DNA from: Polyangiaceae bacterium
GTDB lineage: Bacteria; Myxococcota_A; Polyangia; Polyangiales; Polyangiaceae
Assembly (NCBI GenBank): GCA_044222475.1
Contig: JBGANF010000026.1
Coordinates: forward strand, 1-64,000
Direction of reading: 5' to 3'
Length of the DNA stretch: 64,000 bases
Of this stretch, positions 9,717 to 22,246 are shown piece by piece. The notes below the pieces were generated by a model, which searched no databases, was not told the origin of the DNA, and worked only from the letters and a program-made list of their open reading frames with translations. A program made the translations under genes and the position numbers. The stretch's first letter is position 1, and each line of letters begins with the position of its first letter.

Positions 9717-11264
9717 TCATCCGGCGTGGCCCGCGAGCACGCGCACCTCGAAGCCGAGCTCGCGGCTGAGCGCGACCATCTCCTCGAAGACGTCGCCGTA
9801 GGCGACCGCGACGTGGTTCGACAGGTAGTGGGCCATCAGCGTGTCGCGCGAGATCCCCATGTCCGCCGCCATGAACGGCCACTGGCGCGTCGTGCCGAGC
9901 CACCACCGATCGCGCACCTCGGGCGGGAGCTTCACGACCTCGCCTTTGCCGACGTCCATCCAGAGCTTGCCGCCCTTCACGTACGCGCGCGCCCACGTCA
10001 TCGCGCCGGGGAGGCTCTCGCCCGCGAACGTGCCGCCCGGCGTCGGGAAATACATCGAGGGCTGCCGGTAGCTGTGCGCGCCCTTCAGCGTGCTCGGATC
10101 GTGGTTGAACGCGTACGCGCCGCAGCTGCCGCTGTTGAGGAGCACCCACAGGAACCGCCCGTCGTGCTCGGCGCCCCAGCGCACGTCGTGGAACATCACC
10201 GCATTGTGCAGGCCCTTGTTCGCGCAGAGGCGCTTCAACATCTCCATCGGGACGACGTTGCCTTGGTCGGCCTCGGTCGCGGTCGCGATCGGGTGGCCGT
10301 CGCTCTCGGGACGGCACGCGGAGTTGAGCAGCCCCTCGGCGAAATCCGACGGCGGCCGCAGCGGGATCAGCCCAAGTTGGTACTGCCACCCGAGGCAGTC
10401 CGCGCCGAACTCCTTCATCAGGTCGAGCACGACGAGGTAGTCGCGCAGCTGCTCGCGCGTCGCGGCTTCGTCGAAGTCCTGCGCGTTCGTCTCGCCGCCG
10501 ATCTCTTCCTTCCAGTGAAACGTCACGCCGGCGTTCTTCACGAACGCGAGCGCGTCGTCGATGCGCTTCGGCTCGATGCGGCGTCCGCGGTCGATGATCC
10601 ACGCTTGGTCGACCTTGTGCTCGGCGAAGCCGTGGTCTTTGAGCAGGCGCGGGCCGAAGTAGCCGTTGATCATGCCCATCGACGTGTCGCCGAGCATCAG
10701 GATGAGCGCGCGCTTTCGGGTGAACGACTCGGCCACCGTCTTCGCGCGGTGCGACGCCGCCGCCGACACCGGCGCCTGCCGGTGAATCTGCCCCTCCGAG
10801 TAGGCGATGCGTCCGGTGCTGCACCACGCGTCGAGGCGCTCCATGAAGTCGTCGTCCGAAGACCAGTCCTTCGCGTCCGTCCAGATGCGCGAGTGCGGGC
10901 GATCGAGGTACTCGAGGCAGGCGCCGGTGTTGAGCAACCCGACGAGCCCGGGCCACTGACCGGAGAAGTTGCTCGCGAGGAGCAGCGGGTTGTCCTTTCC
11001 GACGACGCCGTCGGTCGTATGGGGCCCGTAGAACCAGTGCACGCACACGCCCACCATCGGATCGTGGATCGGGCCGAGCTTCTCGATCGACTCGTGGGGC
11101 TTCGTGAGGAAGCCCTCGACGCGATAGGGCGTTCGCCCCAGCTTCTTCAGCGCCGCCTCGAGCTGCCGCGTCGCGGACTCGACGCTCGGAAGTGCGACCT
11201 CGTTCGGCTTCGCGCGCGCGTCGCCGGGCCAGAACACCGCCACCTTCTTTGCCATGCCGGTCAT
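9717..11264 (-). CDS. L-fucose/L-arabinose isomerase-family protein
   Basis: WPGLVGLLN, GDTSMGM, GWQYQLGL, ATEADQG, HDVRWG and SNHVAVAYG motifs; adjacent to the FGGY kinase. Confidence 0.75.
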   Translation of the reverse strand: MTGMAKKVAVFWPGDARAKPNEVALPSVESATRQLEAALKKLGRTPYRVEGFLTKPHESIEKLGPIHDPMVGVCVHWFYGPHTTDGVVGKDNPLLLASNFSGQWPGLVGLLNTGACLEYLDRPHSRIWTDAKDWSSDDDFMERLDAWCSTGRIAYSEGQIHRQAPVSAAASHRAKTVAESFTRKRALILMLGDTSMGMINGYFGPRLLKDHGFAEHKVDQAWIIDRGRRIEPKRIDDALAFVKNAGVTFHWKEEIGGETNAQDFDEAATREQLRDYLVVLDLMKEFGADCLGWQYQLGLIPLRPPSDFAEGLLNSACRPESDGHPIATATEADQGNVVPMEMLKRLCANKGLHNAVMFHDVRWGAEHDGRFLWVLLNSGSCGAYAFNHDPSTLKGAHSYRQPSMYFPTPGGTFAGESLPGAMTWARAYVKGGKLWMDVGKGEVVKLPPEVRDRWWLGTTRQWPFMAADMGISRDTLMAHYLSNHVAVAYGDVFEEMVALSRELGFEVRVLAGHAG

Positions 11265-11288
11265 GATGGCGAGGTTAGCCGATGGCGC

Positions 11289-12353
11289 TCAGAACGTCGC
11301 GGCCGCCCGCGCGACTTCCTTGTCGAGGATGCCCTGCTGCACGAGCGTCCGGAGGTGCATCTCGAAGGTCTGCATCCCGTACGGGTGCACGCCCTTCTCC
11401 ATGAGCTCCTTCATCGGCGGATTCGCCTCCGGTCGCTTGATCGCCTCGCGCACGGTGCCGGTCGCGACGATCACCTCGGCCGCGAGCACGAGCCCACCTT
11501 CGCGCGCCGGCAGGAGCCGCTGCGCGATGATCCCCTGCAGCGTGTCGCCGATGCGCTCGCGCAGCTCCTCGGTGCTGCCCGGCTGACCCTTCGGCGCGAG
11601 CGCGAGCATGCGGCCGACGGTGCGTGCGACGTCGGGCGTGTGCAGCGTCGAGAGCACGAGGTGGCCGGTCTCGGCCGCCTTCAGGGCGATGTCCATCGTG
11701 ATCTCGTCGCGGATCTCGCCCACGAGGATCACGTCGGGGTCCTGGCGCAGCGCGGCTCGCAGCGCGTCGGCGAAGGAGCCGGTGTCGATGCCGATCTCGC
11801 GCTGGCTGATGGAGGACTTGTCGTCGGTGTGGAGGAACTCGACCGGGTCCTCGATGGTGACGACGTGGAGCGCCTGGGTGTGGTTCAGGTGCCCGATCAT
11901 CGCTGCGAGCGTCGAGCTCTTGCCGTTGCCCGCCGCGCCGACGACCAGCACGAGCCCGCGGTCGCGCTCGGCGAGGTACTGCGCCGGCGCCGGTACGCCG
12001 AGCTCCTCGAACGTGGGGATGATCAGCGGGATCGCGCGCATGACGATCGCGATCGAGCCCTTCTGCCGGTACACGTTCACGCGGAAGCGGCCGACGCCGG
12101 GCGCTTCGTATGCGGTGTCGTGCTCGAGGAGCGCGTCGAGGTTCGCGCGCAGGTCCTCGCGGCGCACCAGGTGCCGCGCGAGGTTCTCGGTGTCTTCGGG
12201 CTTGAGCGGCTCCGACCGGAAGTACACGATCTCGCCGCGGACGCGCGCGCCCGGTGGTTGACCGACCTTCAGGTGGACGTCGCTCGCCTTGGCGGCGACG
12301 GCCTTCGAGAGGAGCTGCACCAGGAACGCTTCGTTCGCGTACGGGGAATCCAT
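11289..12353 (-). CDS. pilT: PilT/PilU-family type IV pilus retraction ATPase paralog
   Basis: ASDVHL, Walker A GAAGNGKSST, TIEDPVE, ALRQDPDVILVGEIRD, GHLVLSTLHT, GMQTF. Confidence 0.88.
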   Translation of the reverse strand: MDSPYANEAFLVQLLSKAVAAKASDVHLKVGQPPGARVRGEIVYFRSEPLKPEDTENLARHLVRREDLRANLDALLEHDTAYEAPGVGRFRVNVYRQKGSIAIVMRAIPLIIPTFEELGVPAPAQYLAERDRGLVLVVGAAGNGKSSTLAAMIGHLNHTQALHVVTIEDPVEFLHTDDKSSISQREIGIDTGSFADALRAALRQDPDVILVGEIRDEITMDIALKAAETGHLVLSTLHTPDVARTVGRMLALAPKGQPGSTEELRERIGDTLQGIIAQRLLPAREGGLVLAAEVIVATGTVREAIKRPEANPPMKELMEKGVHPYGMQTFEMHLRTLVQQGILDKEVARAAATF

Positions 12354-12387
12354 CGAGGATCGAGAGGATACCCCATCCGCACGGGCA

Positions 12388-14211
12388 TCAGTGGCCCGAC
12401 GTCCCGCTCTGCCAGAGCGCCTTCGACCCGCTGTAGACGACGAGGTTTCCGTCGTTCTGGATCGCCAGGCGCGCCCCTGCGTTTCCCGCCGTGGCCGCGT
12501 TGAACAGCGGCGTGGCGTCGCGGCGATAGAGCACGAAGTTCCCGTCGCCCTGCATCCATGCGGCGTAGCCCCCGAGGACGTTCGTGTGCGTGTGCCAGAG
12601 CGGAGTGGTCCCCATGTACAGCACGAGGTTTCCGTCCGTCTGCATGACGAGCGCGAAACGACCGTCGCAGGATCCGACTTGCTGGCCGGTCGCGAGCCCC
12701 TGCCCGCCGAGGAGCGCCCCGCACTGCGTCGGCCCGGTGGGGATCGTCACCTTCGCCGCCGTCCCGGTACCCCATCGCACTGTACCATTTTGGTACACGA
12801 CGAGGTCGCCGTCGTCGCGCACGGCGAGGTACCCACCAGGCATCCCATCGGTTGCGCTCGACCAGAGCGGCACCGCGTTCGCCCCGTACAGCACGAAGTT
12901 GCCGTCGCCCTGCATCACCGCCGCGTAGCCGAACTTCCCGTTCGTCGCGGTCGACCAAATCGGCGTCGCCAGCTCGTACAGGGCCAGGTTGCCGTCGCCC
13001 TGCATGACGAGGCGGAAGCGACCGTTGCAGGACGAGACGCCGTCGCCTGGGCCGAGGCCCTGCCCCGCGTCGACGCGACCACACGCCGTGGGCGGATCGG
13101 GGAGCGCGATCACCGGCAGGCTGTTCGGGAGTTGGTAGCCATCGGGCGGCAGCGCCGGCTTGACCGCGTCGAAGCTCGCTTGCTGCACGAGCCCGCGGAA
13201 GCACCCCGCGTACTTGTTCCGCGCGTTCACGAAGTCGAGACCGGAGGCGTCGCTCGCGACCGCGGTGTCGCTGTAGGTGCCCACGCCCGGCTGCCCGAGC
13301 GCACGCACCTTGGCGAGCTCGGCCCGGAGCGCGCCGCCCTTCGGCCCCCAGCAGTACGAGCCCTCCCAGTCTTTACCCTTCAGGTACGACGCGCTCGTGC
13401 CCACGACCGTGATGGTGCGACCGCCGATGCCGGGGGCGATCTTCTCGATCGCGTTCGCGAAGTAGCCGATGCAGGCGATGCCGTTCGCGCAGTTTCGCCG
13501 GCCGGTGTCCGGGTTCACGCCGACCGCGCCGTTCACGAAGGCCTCGCTTGCGCCGAGGTACACCTCGGACGCGAAGACGCGGCAGAAATCGCGGCACGCG
13601 CGCAGCATGGTCGAGAACCCCTGGAGGTCGTCGACCATGTTGTACGAGTTGGCGTACACGATGACGCGCTGGCGGAGCCCGGGGTCGTTGTTCATGGCGT
13701 GGAGCTCGTCGGCGACGCGCTTCGCCGCCGGCATGCCGTCGTGGAGGCGTGCCGCCTTCACCGGCTCGAGCTCGTCGACTGCGACGTACGCGAACCCGTC
13801 CGCGACGGCGGCCTTCACGAACGCGGCGAGCCCCGCGCCCTCGGACGCGTTCGCGATCTCGTTCGGCGTCGCGTGGCGCGCGAGCACGCCGCCGTGCGCC
13901 TTCCAGTCGGCGGCCGCGGCCGACCACGCCGCGAGTGCGCCCGCGTCGACCGGCTTCGACGTCACGACGACGTTCTCGACGCCGGCGGCGATGAGCGCGG
14001 AGCTCGCAGTGGGGTGCGCGTCGATCGTCTTCGGGTCGGCGTCGGGCCGGTAGGGCTCACTCTGGAGCCAGCCGTAGTGGAGCGCGATCGGCTTCGACGT
14101 GCCGAGCTCGGAGTCGTCGCTCATGAGCTCGTCGCTCTCTGCGCCGCAGGCCAACGGCGACGCGGCGCCGAGGAGCGCGACGATCGCGAGGCCTTTCGAG
14201 AGCCAACCCAT
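12388..14211 (-). CDS. Lipoprotein: unknown N-terminal domain plus two bulb-type (GNA/MMBL) lectin domains
   Basis: Lipobox SPLAC; six QxDxNxVxY-like sites (QGDGNLALY, QGDGNFVLY, RDDGDLVVY, QTDGNLVLY, QGDGNFVLY, QNDGNLVVY). Confidence 0.88.
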   Translation of the reverse strand: MGWLSKGLAIVALLGAASPLACGAESDELMSDDSELGTSKPIALHYGWLQSEPYRPDADPKTIDAHPTASSALIAAGVENVVVTSKPVDAGALAAWSAAAADWKAHGGVLARHATPNEIANASEGAGLAAFVKAAVADGFAYVAVDELEPVKAARLHDGMPAAKRVADELHAMNNDPGLRQRVIVYANSYNMVDDLQGFSTMLRACRDFCRVFASEVYLGASEAFVNGAVGVNPDTGRRNCANGIACIGYFANAIEKIAPGIGGRTITVVGTSASYLKGKDWEGSYCWGPKGGALRAELAKVRALGQPGVGTYSDTAVASDASGLDFVNARNKYAGCFRGLVQQASFDAVKPALPPDGYQLPNSLPVIALPDPPTACGRVDAGQGLGPGDGVSSCNGRFRLVMQGDGNLALYELATPIWSTATNGKFGYAAVMQGDGNFVLYGANAVPLWSSATDGMPGGYLAVRDDGDLVVYQNGTVRWGTGTAAKVTIPTGPTQCGALLGGQGLATGQQVGSCDGRFALVMQTDGNLVLYMGTTPLWHTHTNVLGGYAAWMQGDGNFVLYRRDATPLFNAATAGNAGARLAIQNDGNLVVYSGSKALWQSGTSGH

Positions 14212-14223
14212 GGGCTCTCTCAG

Positions 14224-14239
14224 AGCATCTGCCGTGCCG
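14224..14239 (-). promoter_or_regulatory. Sigma54 promoter of the lectin lipoprotein gene
   Basis: Minus strand CGGCACGGCAGATGCT is GG-N10-GC, 12 nt before the ATG. Confidence 0.7.
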
Positions 14240-14310
14240 ACCCAAAATCGCACGATTCGCCGCGAAACTTCGGGTGCGATACGGATCGTTCGCGATCCGT
14301 CGGGCCTGGC

Positions 14311-14829
14311 TCAGCCCGGTCCGGCGTCCTTCGGGGGCGGGCACTGGGGTTGTTCGATCGTCCCGGAGAACGCGCCGCAGAGGTGCTTGCACGTGACGAT
14401 GCCGTCGCAGGGGAAATCGAAGACGCCGTAGCCGGAGCATCCGGTGTCGCTGCGGGTCGAGATGCCGACGAGGTTGCCGCTCTTCGCGTCGAACCAATAC
14501 GAGAACGGCGGCCCTTGGAACGAGTGGATCTCGACGAGCCCGCACGACTCGTGGCGCTCGACCCACACGCTCCCTCCCGGACACGGGTCGGTGGGCGCGA
14601 GGCCGGCGTAGAGCTTCTCGATCTCGGCGAGCGTCGGCCGGGGACCGCCGTAGCACTCGAACGGGCGTACCCAGCACCCGGCGTCCTTCCCCTCGCACGC
14701 GCCGCCATCGCCCCCGTCGGGGACGAACGACCCGTCGGGGATGCTCGCGTCAGGTCCGGCGTCGCCGCTCTGGGCGACGCTGCCACCACATCCCACGAGC
14801 ATCACGGCGACGTACAGCAAGCGTTTCAT
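14311..14829 (-). CDS. Hypothetical Cys-rich lipoprotein
   Basis: MKRLLYVAVMLVGC lipobox; DAG-type linker; several Cys. Confidence 0.75.
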   Translation of the reverse strand: MKRLLYVAVMLVGCGGSVAQSGDAGPDASIPDGSFVPDGGDGGACEGKDAGCWVRPFECYGGPRPTLAEIEKLYAGLAPTDPCPGGSVWVERHESCGLVEIHSFQGPPFSYWFDAKSGNLVGISTRSDTGCSGYGVFDFPCDGIVTCKHLCGAFSGTIEQPQCPPPKDAGPG

Positions 14830-14849
14830 GCGTCGCCAGTGTAGCGCGC

Positions 14850-15050
14850 GTGGAGGCACGAGAGGACGACCCGACGAGGTTGCCTCCGCTCATGCGGTCG
14901 CTGCTGGCGGTGGCGACTTCGATGCTCGCGGAGACGCTCGTTCCGGTGCTCGACTCGATCACCCAAGATGCCCCGCGACCTCGAGGCGTCTACCGGGCTG
15001 CCAGAACCCGCGTGCGCGCAGCCGATGTGCGACTGCCAAGGAGTCACTGA
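14850..15050 (+). CDS. Possible small hypothetical protein (66 aa)
   Basis: Fills an otherwise empty gap; mostly G/C third positions in the 5' half; no recognisable motif. Confidence 0.3.
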   Translation: MEAREDDPTRLPPLMRSLLAVATSMLAETLVPVLDSITQDAPRPRGVYRAARTRVRAADVRLPRSH

Positions 15051-15580
15051 GTGATGTACTTCCTCAGGAGTTGGTCGACGGCGGCGTCGTCAGCGACGCT
15101 TTCGATCGCGTACGGAGGTTCGGTGAGGTCTCCGAACGTGCCGCGCAGGTTGTCGACGTAGAGGAGGAAGCGCGCGCGCTTCCTCGGTAGCGGCTCGGTG
15201 AAGTCGATGAACGTGAGCGTCGCGTCGACGAAGCTGCGATACACGCCCCGATCGACCAGATGGCGCACCTTCTCGAATGCGGCGTAGCCGGCGGGCGTGA
15301 TCGTGACGACGACCCGGCGACGGTCGCCGTCGCTCCGACGGCGCGCGACGAAGCCACGCTTCTCCAACCGCCGAAGCATGACGGCGACGGTGGCGCGCGA
15401 AACCCCGAGGCGGGCGCGAAGGTCGCGTTGATAGACGACGCCATGCTGACGAAGCGTCGCGCGATGGCACACGAAGAGGTCCATCCGAGCGGCAGTTAGG
15501 TTCCACCGAGCCAGATGGCGATTGGCGTGAGTGGTGTACGAGAGGTGTGCGCGCTTGTTGCAGAACAGGAGCCGGTCCAT
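15044..15580 (-). CDS. MarR-family transcriptional regulator
   Basis: DLRARLGVSRATVAVMLRRLEKRGFVARRRSDGDRRRVVVTITPAG winged-HTH signature. Confidence 0.85.
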   Translation of the reverse strand: MDRLLFCNKRAHLSYTTHANRHLARWNLTAARMDLFVCHRATLRQHGVVYQRDLRARLGVSRATVAVMLRRLEKRGFVARRRSDGDRRRVVVTITPAGYAAFEKVRHLVDRGVYRSFVDATLTFIDFTEPLPRKRARFLLYVDNLRGTFGDLTEPPYAIESVADDAAVDQLLRKYITQ

Positions 15581-15591
15581 GAACCGGCCTT

Positions 15592-15607
15592 CGCATCATT
15601 CATTCCA
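15592..15607 (-). promoter_or_regulatory. Candidate sigma54 promoter of the MarR gene
   Basis: Minus strand TGGAATGAATGATGCG is GG-N10-GC; IHF-like AATCAACGACTT at 15625-15636. Confidence 0.55.
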
Positions 15608-15807
15608 ACGACGCGCTCCAACGAAATCAACGACTTCGAAGGATGGAGCAGTGGCGCGCCACGGCGAGCGCCACCACCGCGCCACTTGCGGGAGATGGGA
15701 GCCGGCTATCCATTCTGGCTGCACCGATGGGACCGCCGACGATTGTTAGTCGGCAGCCAAGCGGCGGCGGGCGGCTCGCCAGGCGGCGGCCTCCTTCGGG
15801 GCGCGGT

Positions 15808-19968
<4,161 letters not shown>

Positions 19969-20131
19969 GCGTGCTCGGGAGGGTACGCCCGAGCGAGGTC
20001 CCCGGTTTCGCCGGGTCGGACGTCGAGGAGGATACGGGAAGGAGGGTAAATGTGGGAGAAAACGTCCGAATCGCCGGCGGAGCGGTCGTGTGTCCGCTTC
20101 AAGCGCCCCCCACGTCGGTGCGTGGGTCTGC

Positions 20132-20160
20132 TTGACAAGGACGTCTCCTTTCGGCACTTT
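20132..20160 (+). promoter_or_regulatory. Sigma70-type promoter of tRNA-Phe
   Basis: TTGACA-N17-CACTTT followed by a GC-rich discriminator CCGCGCGG. Confidence 0.65.
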
Positions 20161-20172
20161 CCGCGCGGCTTC

Positions 20173-20245
20173 GCCCAGGTAGCTCAGTTGGTAGAGCAGG
20201 GGATTGAAAATCCCCGTGTCGGCGGTTCGATTCCGTCCCTGGGCA
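20173..20245 (+). tRNA. tRNA-Phe (GAA), CCA not encoded
   Basis: GCCCAGG/CCTGGGC acceptor stem, D-arm AGCTCAGTTGGTAGAGC, GGGGA-TTGAAAA-TCCCC anticodon arm, GGTTCGATT T-loop. Confidence 0.97.
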
Positions 20246-20326
20246 CTGCGGTCCCCCCTCCCGTGCCCGTGAACGTGCCCGTGCCCGTGCCCGATCGATG
20301 AGGCTGACCGACTCGTGAACGCGTCC

Positions 20327-20719
20327 TCAGCGGTTCGCTAACGAGTAAATCGTCAACACGATCTCTCCGCGCAGGTCGGCCACGCGCCGAAGCGTGCGCG
20401 CCTTGATGAGAGCCCTGTAGATCCCGCGATGTGCGGCTTCGATGCCGACGTCGAAGTGGCGATGGGTCGCTCGGTCCCAGACTCGGCGCGGGGCCGGTGG
20501 AAGCGCTTCCACGAGACGTGCAAAGCCGGCGATGCAGGCGTCGGGCGTGAGGTACCGCGAGAACTCGAAGAGCTCCATCGACGCATGATGGAACCCGCGT
20601 GCGCGGCGTTGGTGGAGAACGACGACGTTCGCGTCGAGCGCCGCAAGGAGCGGGCCGAGATCGTGACGAGACTTCAACCGGAGGTCGACGTTGAGGAACG
20701 CGGTGCGGACGCGGGTCAA
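20327..20719 (-). CDS. Hypothetical protein (130 aa)
   Basis: ORF coupled by a 4-nt overlap to the upstream ORF; globular-looking sequence (FLNVDLRL, FDVGIEA). Confidence 0.65.
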   Translation of the reverse strand: MTRVRTAFLNVDLRLKSRHDLGPLLAALDANVVVLHQRRARGFHHASMELFEFSRYLTPDACIAGFARLVEALPPAPRRVWDRATHRHFDVGIEAAHRGIYRALIKARTLRRVADLRGEIVLTIYSLANR

Positions 20720-21081
20720 ATGGTGATGCTCGGCAGTCCGTTCACGTGAATCGAGAACGACTCGTACTGAGGGGTGTCATCGAAGACGGTGAGGCGGTAG
20801 CCGGGGTCGAACACGAGGGTGAACGACTTCGGCGCGTCGATCTCGAAGCGCGCGACCGGAAGGTCGATGACGCGATGAATCCGGTAGCCGTCCCGCGATG
20901 CGTGCTCCTGCTCCCGATCGACGAGGTCACCGTCAGGATCCCTGAGCTCCCATCGACCCTCGATGAAGATGCTGCCCACGCCAGCGAAATGGAGCTGCGT
21001 TTGAAACCGCCCCAGAGCGATCTGGTTGAGCTCGTGGCCTACGAACCGAGCTAGTGGAAGGTCAGACGGAACGCCGTGCAT
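20716..21081 (-). CDS. Hypothetical beta-rich protein (possibly DUF6188-like)
   Basis: 121-aa ORF; IEGRWEL and TLVFDPGYRLTVFDDTPQYESFSI pattern; family assignment from recall only. Confidence 0.7.
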   Translation of the reverse strand: MHGVPSDLPLARFVGHELNQIALGRFQTQLHFAGVGSIFIEGRWELRDPDGDLVDREQEHASRDGYRIHRVIDLPVARFEIDAPKSFTLVFDPGYRLTVFDDTPQYESFSIHVNGLPSITI

Positions 21082-21096
21082 GACGCCTCGATGATG

Positions 21097-21112
21097 CGCA
21101 CTCGGACGGCCA
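21097..21112 (-). promoter_or_regulatory. Candidate sigma54 promoter of the 21081 gene pair
   Basis: Minus strand TGGCCGTCCGAGTGCG is GG-N10-GC; AATCAA at 21131, about 20 nt upstream as at the MarR promoter. Confidence 0.5.
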
Positions 21113-21180
21113 GGGTCACGCTTCCCGACGAATCAAACCGCGTTTCTCGAAATCGCGCGGGGGAGAGGGGGTCGCCCCGG

Positions 21181-21284
21181 ATTGTTAGCCGGCGTACGCT
21201 TGGACGCAGTCCTGCAGGGGTCTCTGGAATTGTTAGCCGGCAGACGTCGGACGCAGGGCCTGGTCCCCCGAATCGTCAGCCGAC
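21181..21284. repeat. Three degenerate direct repeats with core ATTGTTAGCCGGC
   Basis: Cores at 21181, 21229 and 21272 (ATCGTCAGCCGAC); periods 48 and 43; both spacers contain GGACGCAG. Confidence 0.8.
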
Positions 21285-22007
21285 GAGGCGAACGCGAAGG
21301 GCGGCCGCTTCGACGCCCGTCGGACCTCCCGACCCACCGGCAACGACGAGACCGGTCGATTCGACGCGCACCACCACCGCGGTCGGGGTGCCCTGCCCTC
21401 CCGCAGCGGCAACCTGATCGAGGATCGCCGCGACGCACTCGCGCGGGCAGCTGCCGTGAACCCGCAGCGTCCCCTTGAGCGCGGCTTCTCCGAGCGCGCC
21501 CCAGACTGGGTCGTTGATCAGCGCGAAGACGTCCGCGACCTCGGCCGTCGTGGTCATCGTGTCGACCTCGACCGTGGCCTTCATGCCGAGCGTGCGGACG
21601 AGGACGGTCTTGTGTGGGAAATTCTCGACCTCTTCGGGCGTCAACGCCACGACTTCGAGATAGAACGCGAGCAACGTGTGCGCCGGCGCGAGCAACTCGA
21701 GCGCGCCCGAACGAAGACGAACCACCCGCACGTCGCCCACCCACGCCACGCTCGCGCGCGCGTTCGCGACGGCGAGCGCCGCCACGGCACACCCGGCCCC
21801 GCGAAGCGCCGGCGCTTCCGCGGCCTTCACCACCGCAGCGTTCGCGGCCTCGATCGCGCGCACGAGATCGTTCGACTGGGCGAGCTCGGTCTCGATCGTC
21901 GAGAGCGCGACCTGCGCCACCGCCTCCCCGCTCCCGCGACCGCCCATCGGGTCGATCACCACCGCTACGGCGTCGCGAATCAGGTACCGCTCGCCCCCGC
22001 CCGACAT
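21276..22007 (-). CDS. PP2C/PPM phosphatase-fold protein, degenerate (alternative start 22025)
   Basis: IDPMGG, AWVGDVR and NFPHKTVLVRTLG align to PP2C motifs; several catalytic motifs are altered. Confidence 0.75.
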   Translation of the reverse strand: MSGGGERYLIRDAVAVVIDPMGGRGSGEAVAQVALSTIETELAQSNDLVRAIEAANAAVVKAAEAPALRGAGCAVAALAVANARASVAWVGDVRVVRLRSGALELLAPAHTLLAFYLEVVALTPEEVENFPHKTVLVRTLGMKATVEVDTMTTTAEVADVFALINDPVWGALGEAALKGTLRVHGSCPRECVAAILDQVAAAGGQGTPTAVVVRVESTGLVVAGGSGGPTGVEAAALRVRLVG

Positions 22008-22033
22008 GGGCCAATCGTAGCCCACGGAAAAAA

Positions 22034-22216
22034 ATGTTCAGTCGTTTGAATGTGGGCAAACGTCGGGGCTACCCAATGCTCGCCGTAACGCGAAAGGCGA
22101 TGCGCTCCGGGGGGCACTCGGGCGCAGTCGCGCGCTCGCCTTACGACGTAAGTGACCGCAGAGGTGGCGTACCAGCCTGAACCTCGGCGGATGGGCTCGT
22201 CTTTCACACTGAACGT
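22034..22216 (+). ncRNA. ssrS: Probable 6S RNA
   Basis: 183-nt rod: ATGTTCAGT/ACTGAACGT closing stem, CGTCGGGG/CCTCGGCG stem, central bubble with CCTGAACC on the 3' side, apical AAGGCGA/TCGCCTT and TGCGCTC/GGGCGCA stems. Confidence 0.7.
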
Positions 22217-22246
22217 ACAGCGTACGTTCCACTTCCGGGGTCTTCC

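Noticed and set aside
12782..12796. parS or LexA identity for the dispersed palindrome
   Set aside because: It does not match TGTTTCACGTGAAACA-type parS, and its intragenic positions do not fit a repressor operator.
9726..14844. Long antisense ORFs (925 aa, 851 aa and similar ones across the window)
   Set aside because: They mirror genes with clear motifs; stop-poor antisense frames are expected at this GC content.
21181..21284. CRISPR array or integron attC sites (GGCTAACAATTC resembles an attC left end)
   Set aside because: Only three short degenerate units with similar spacers and no cas genes; no matching right-hand GTT box forming an attC hairpin, and no integrase.
20173..21300. Prophage or integrative element at tRNA-Phe
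   Set aside because: No integrase, phage genes or duplicated tRNA 3' end seen.
22054..22105. c-di-GMP-I riboswitch (GGCAAAC...GAAAG)
   Set aside because: The second stem and spacing do not fit; the region is better explained as part of the 6S-like rod.
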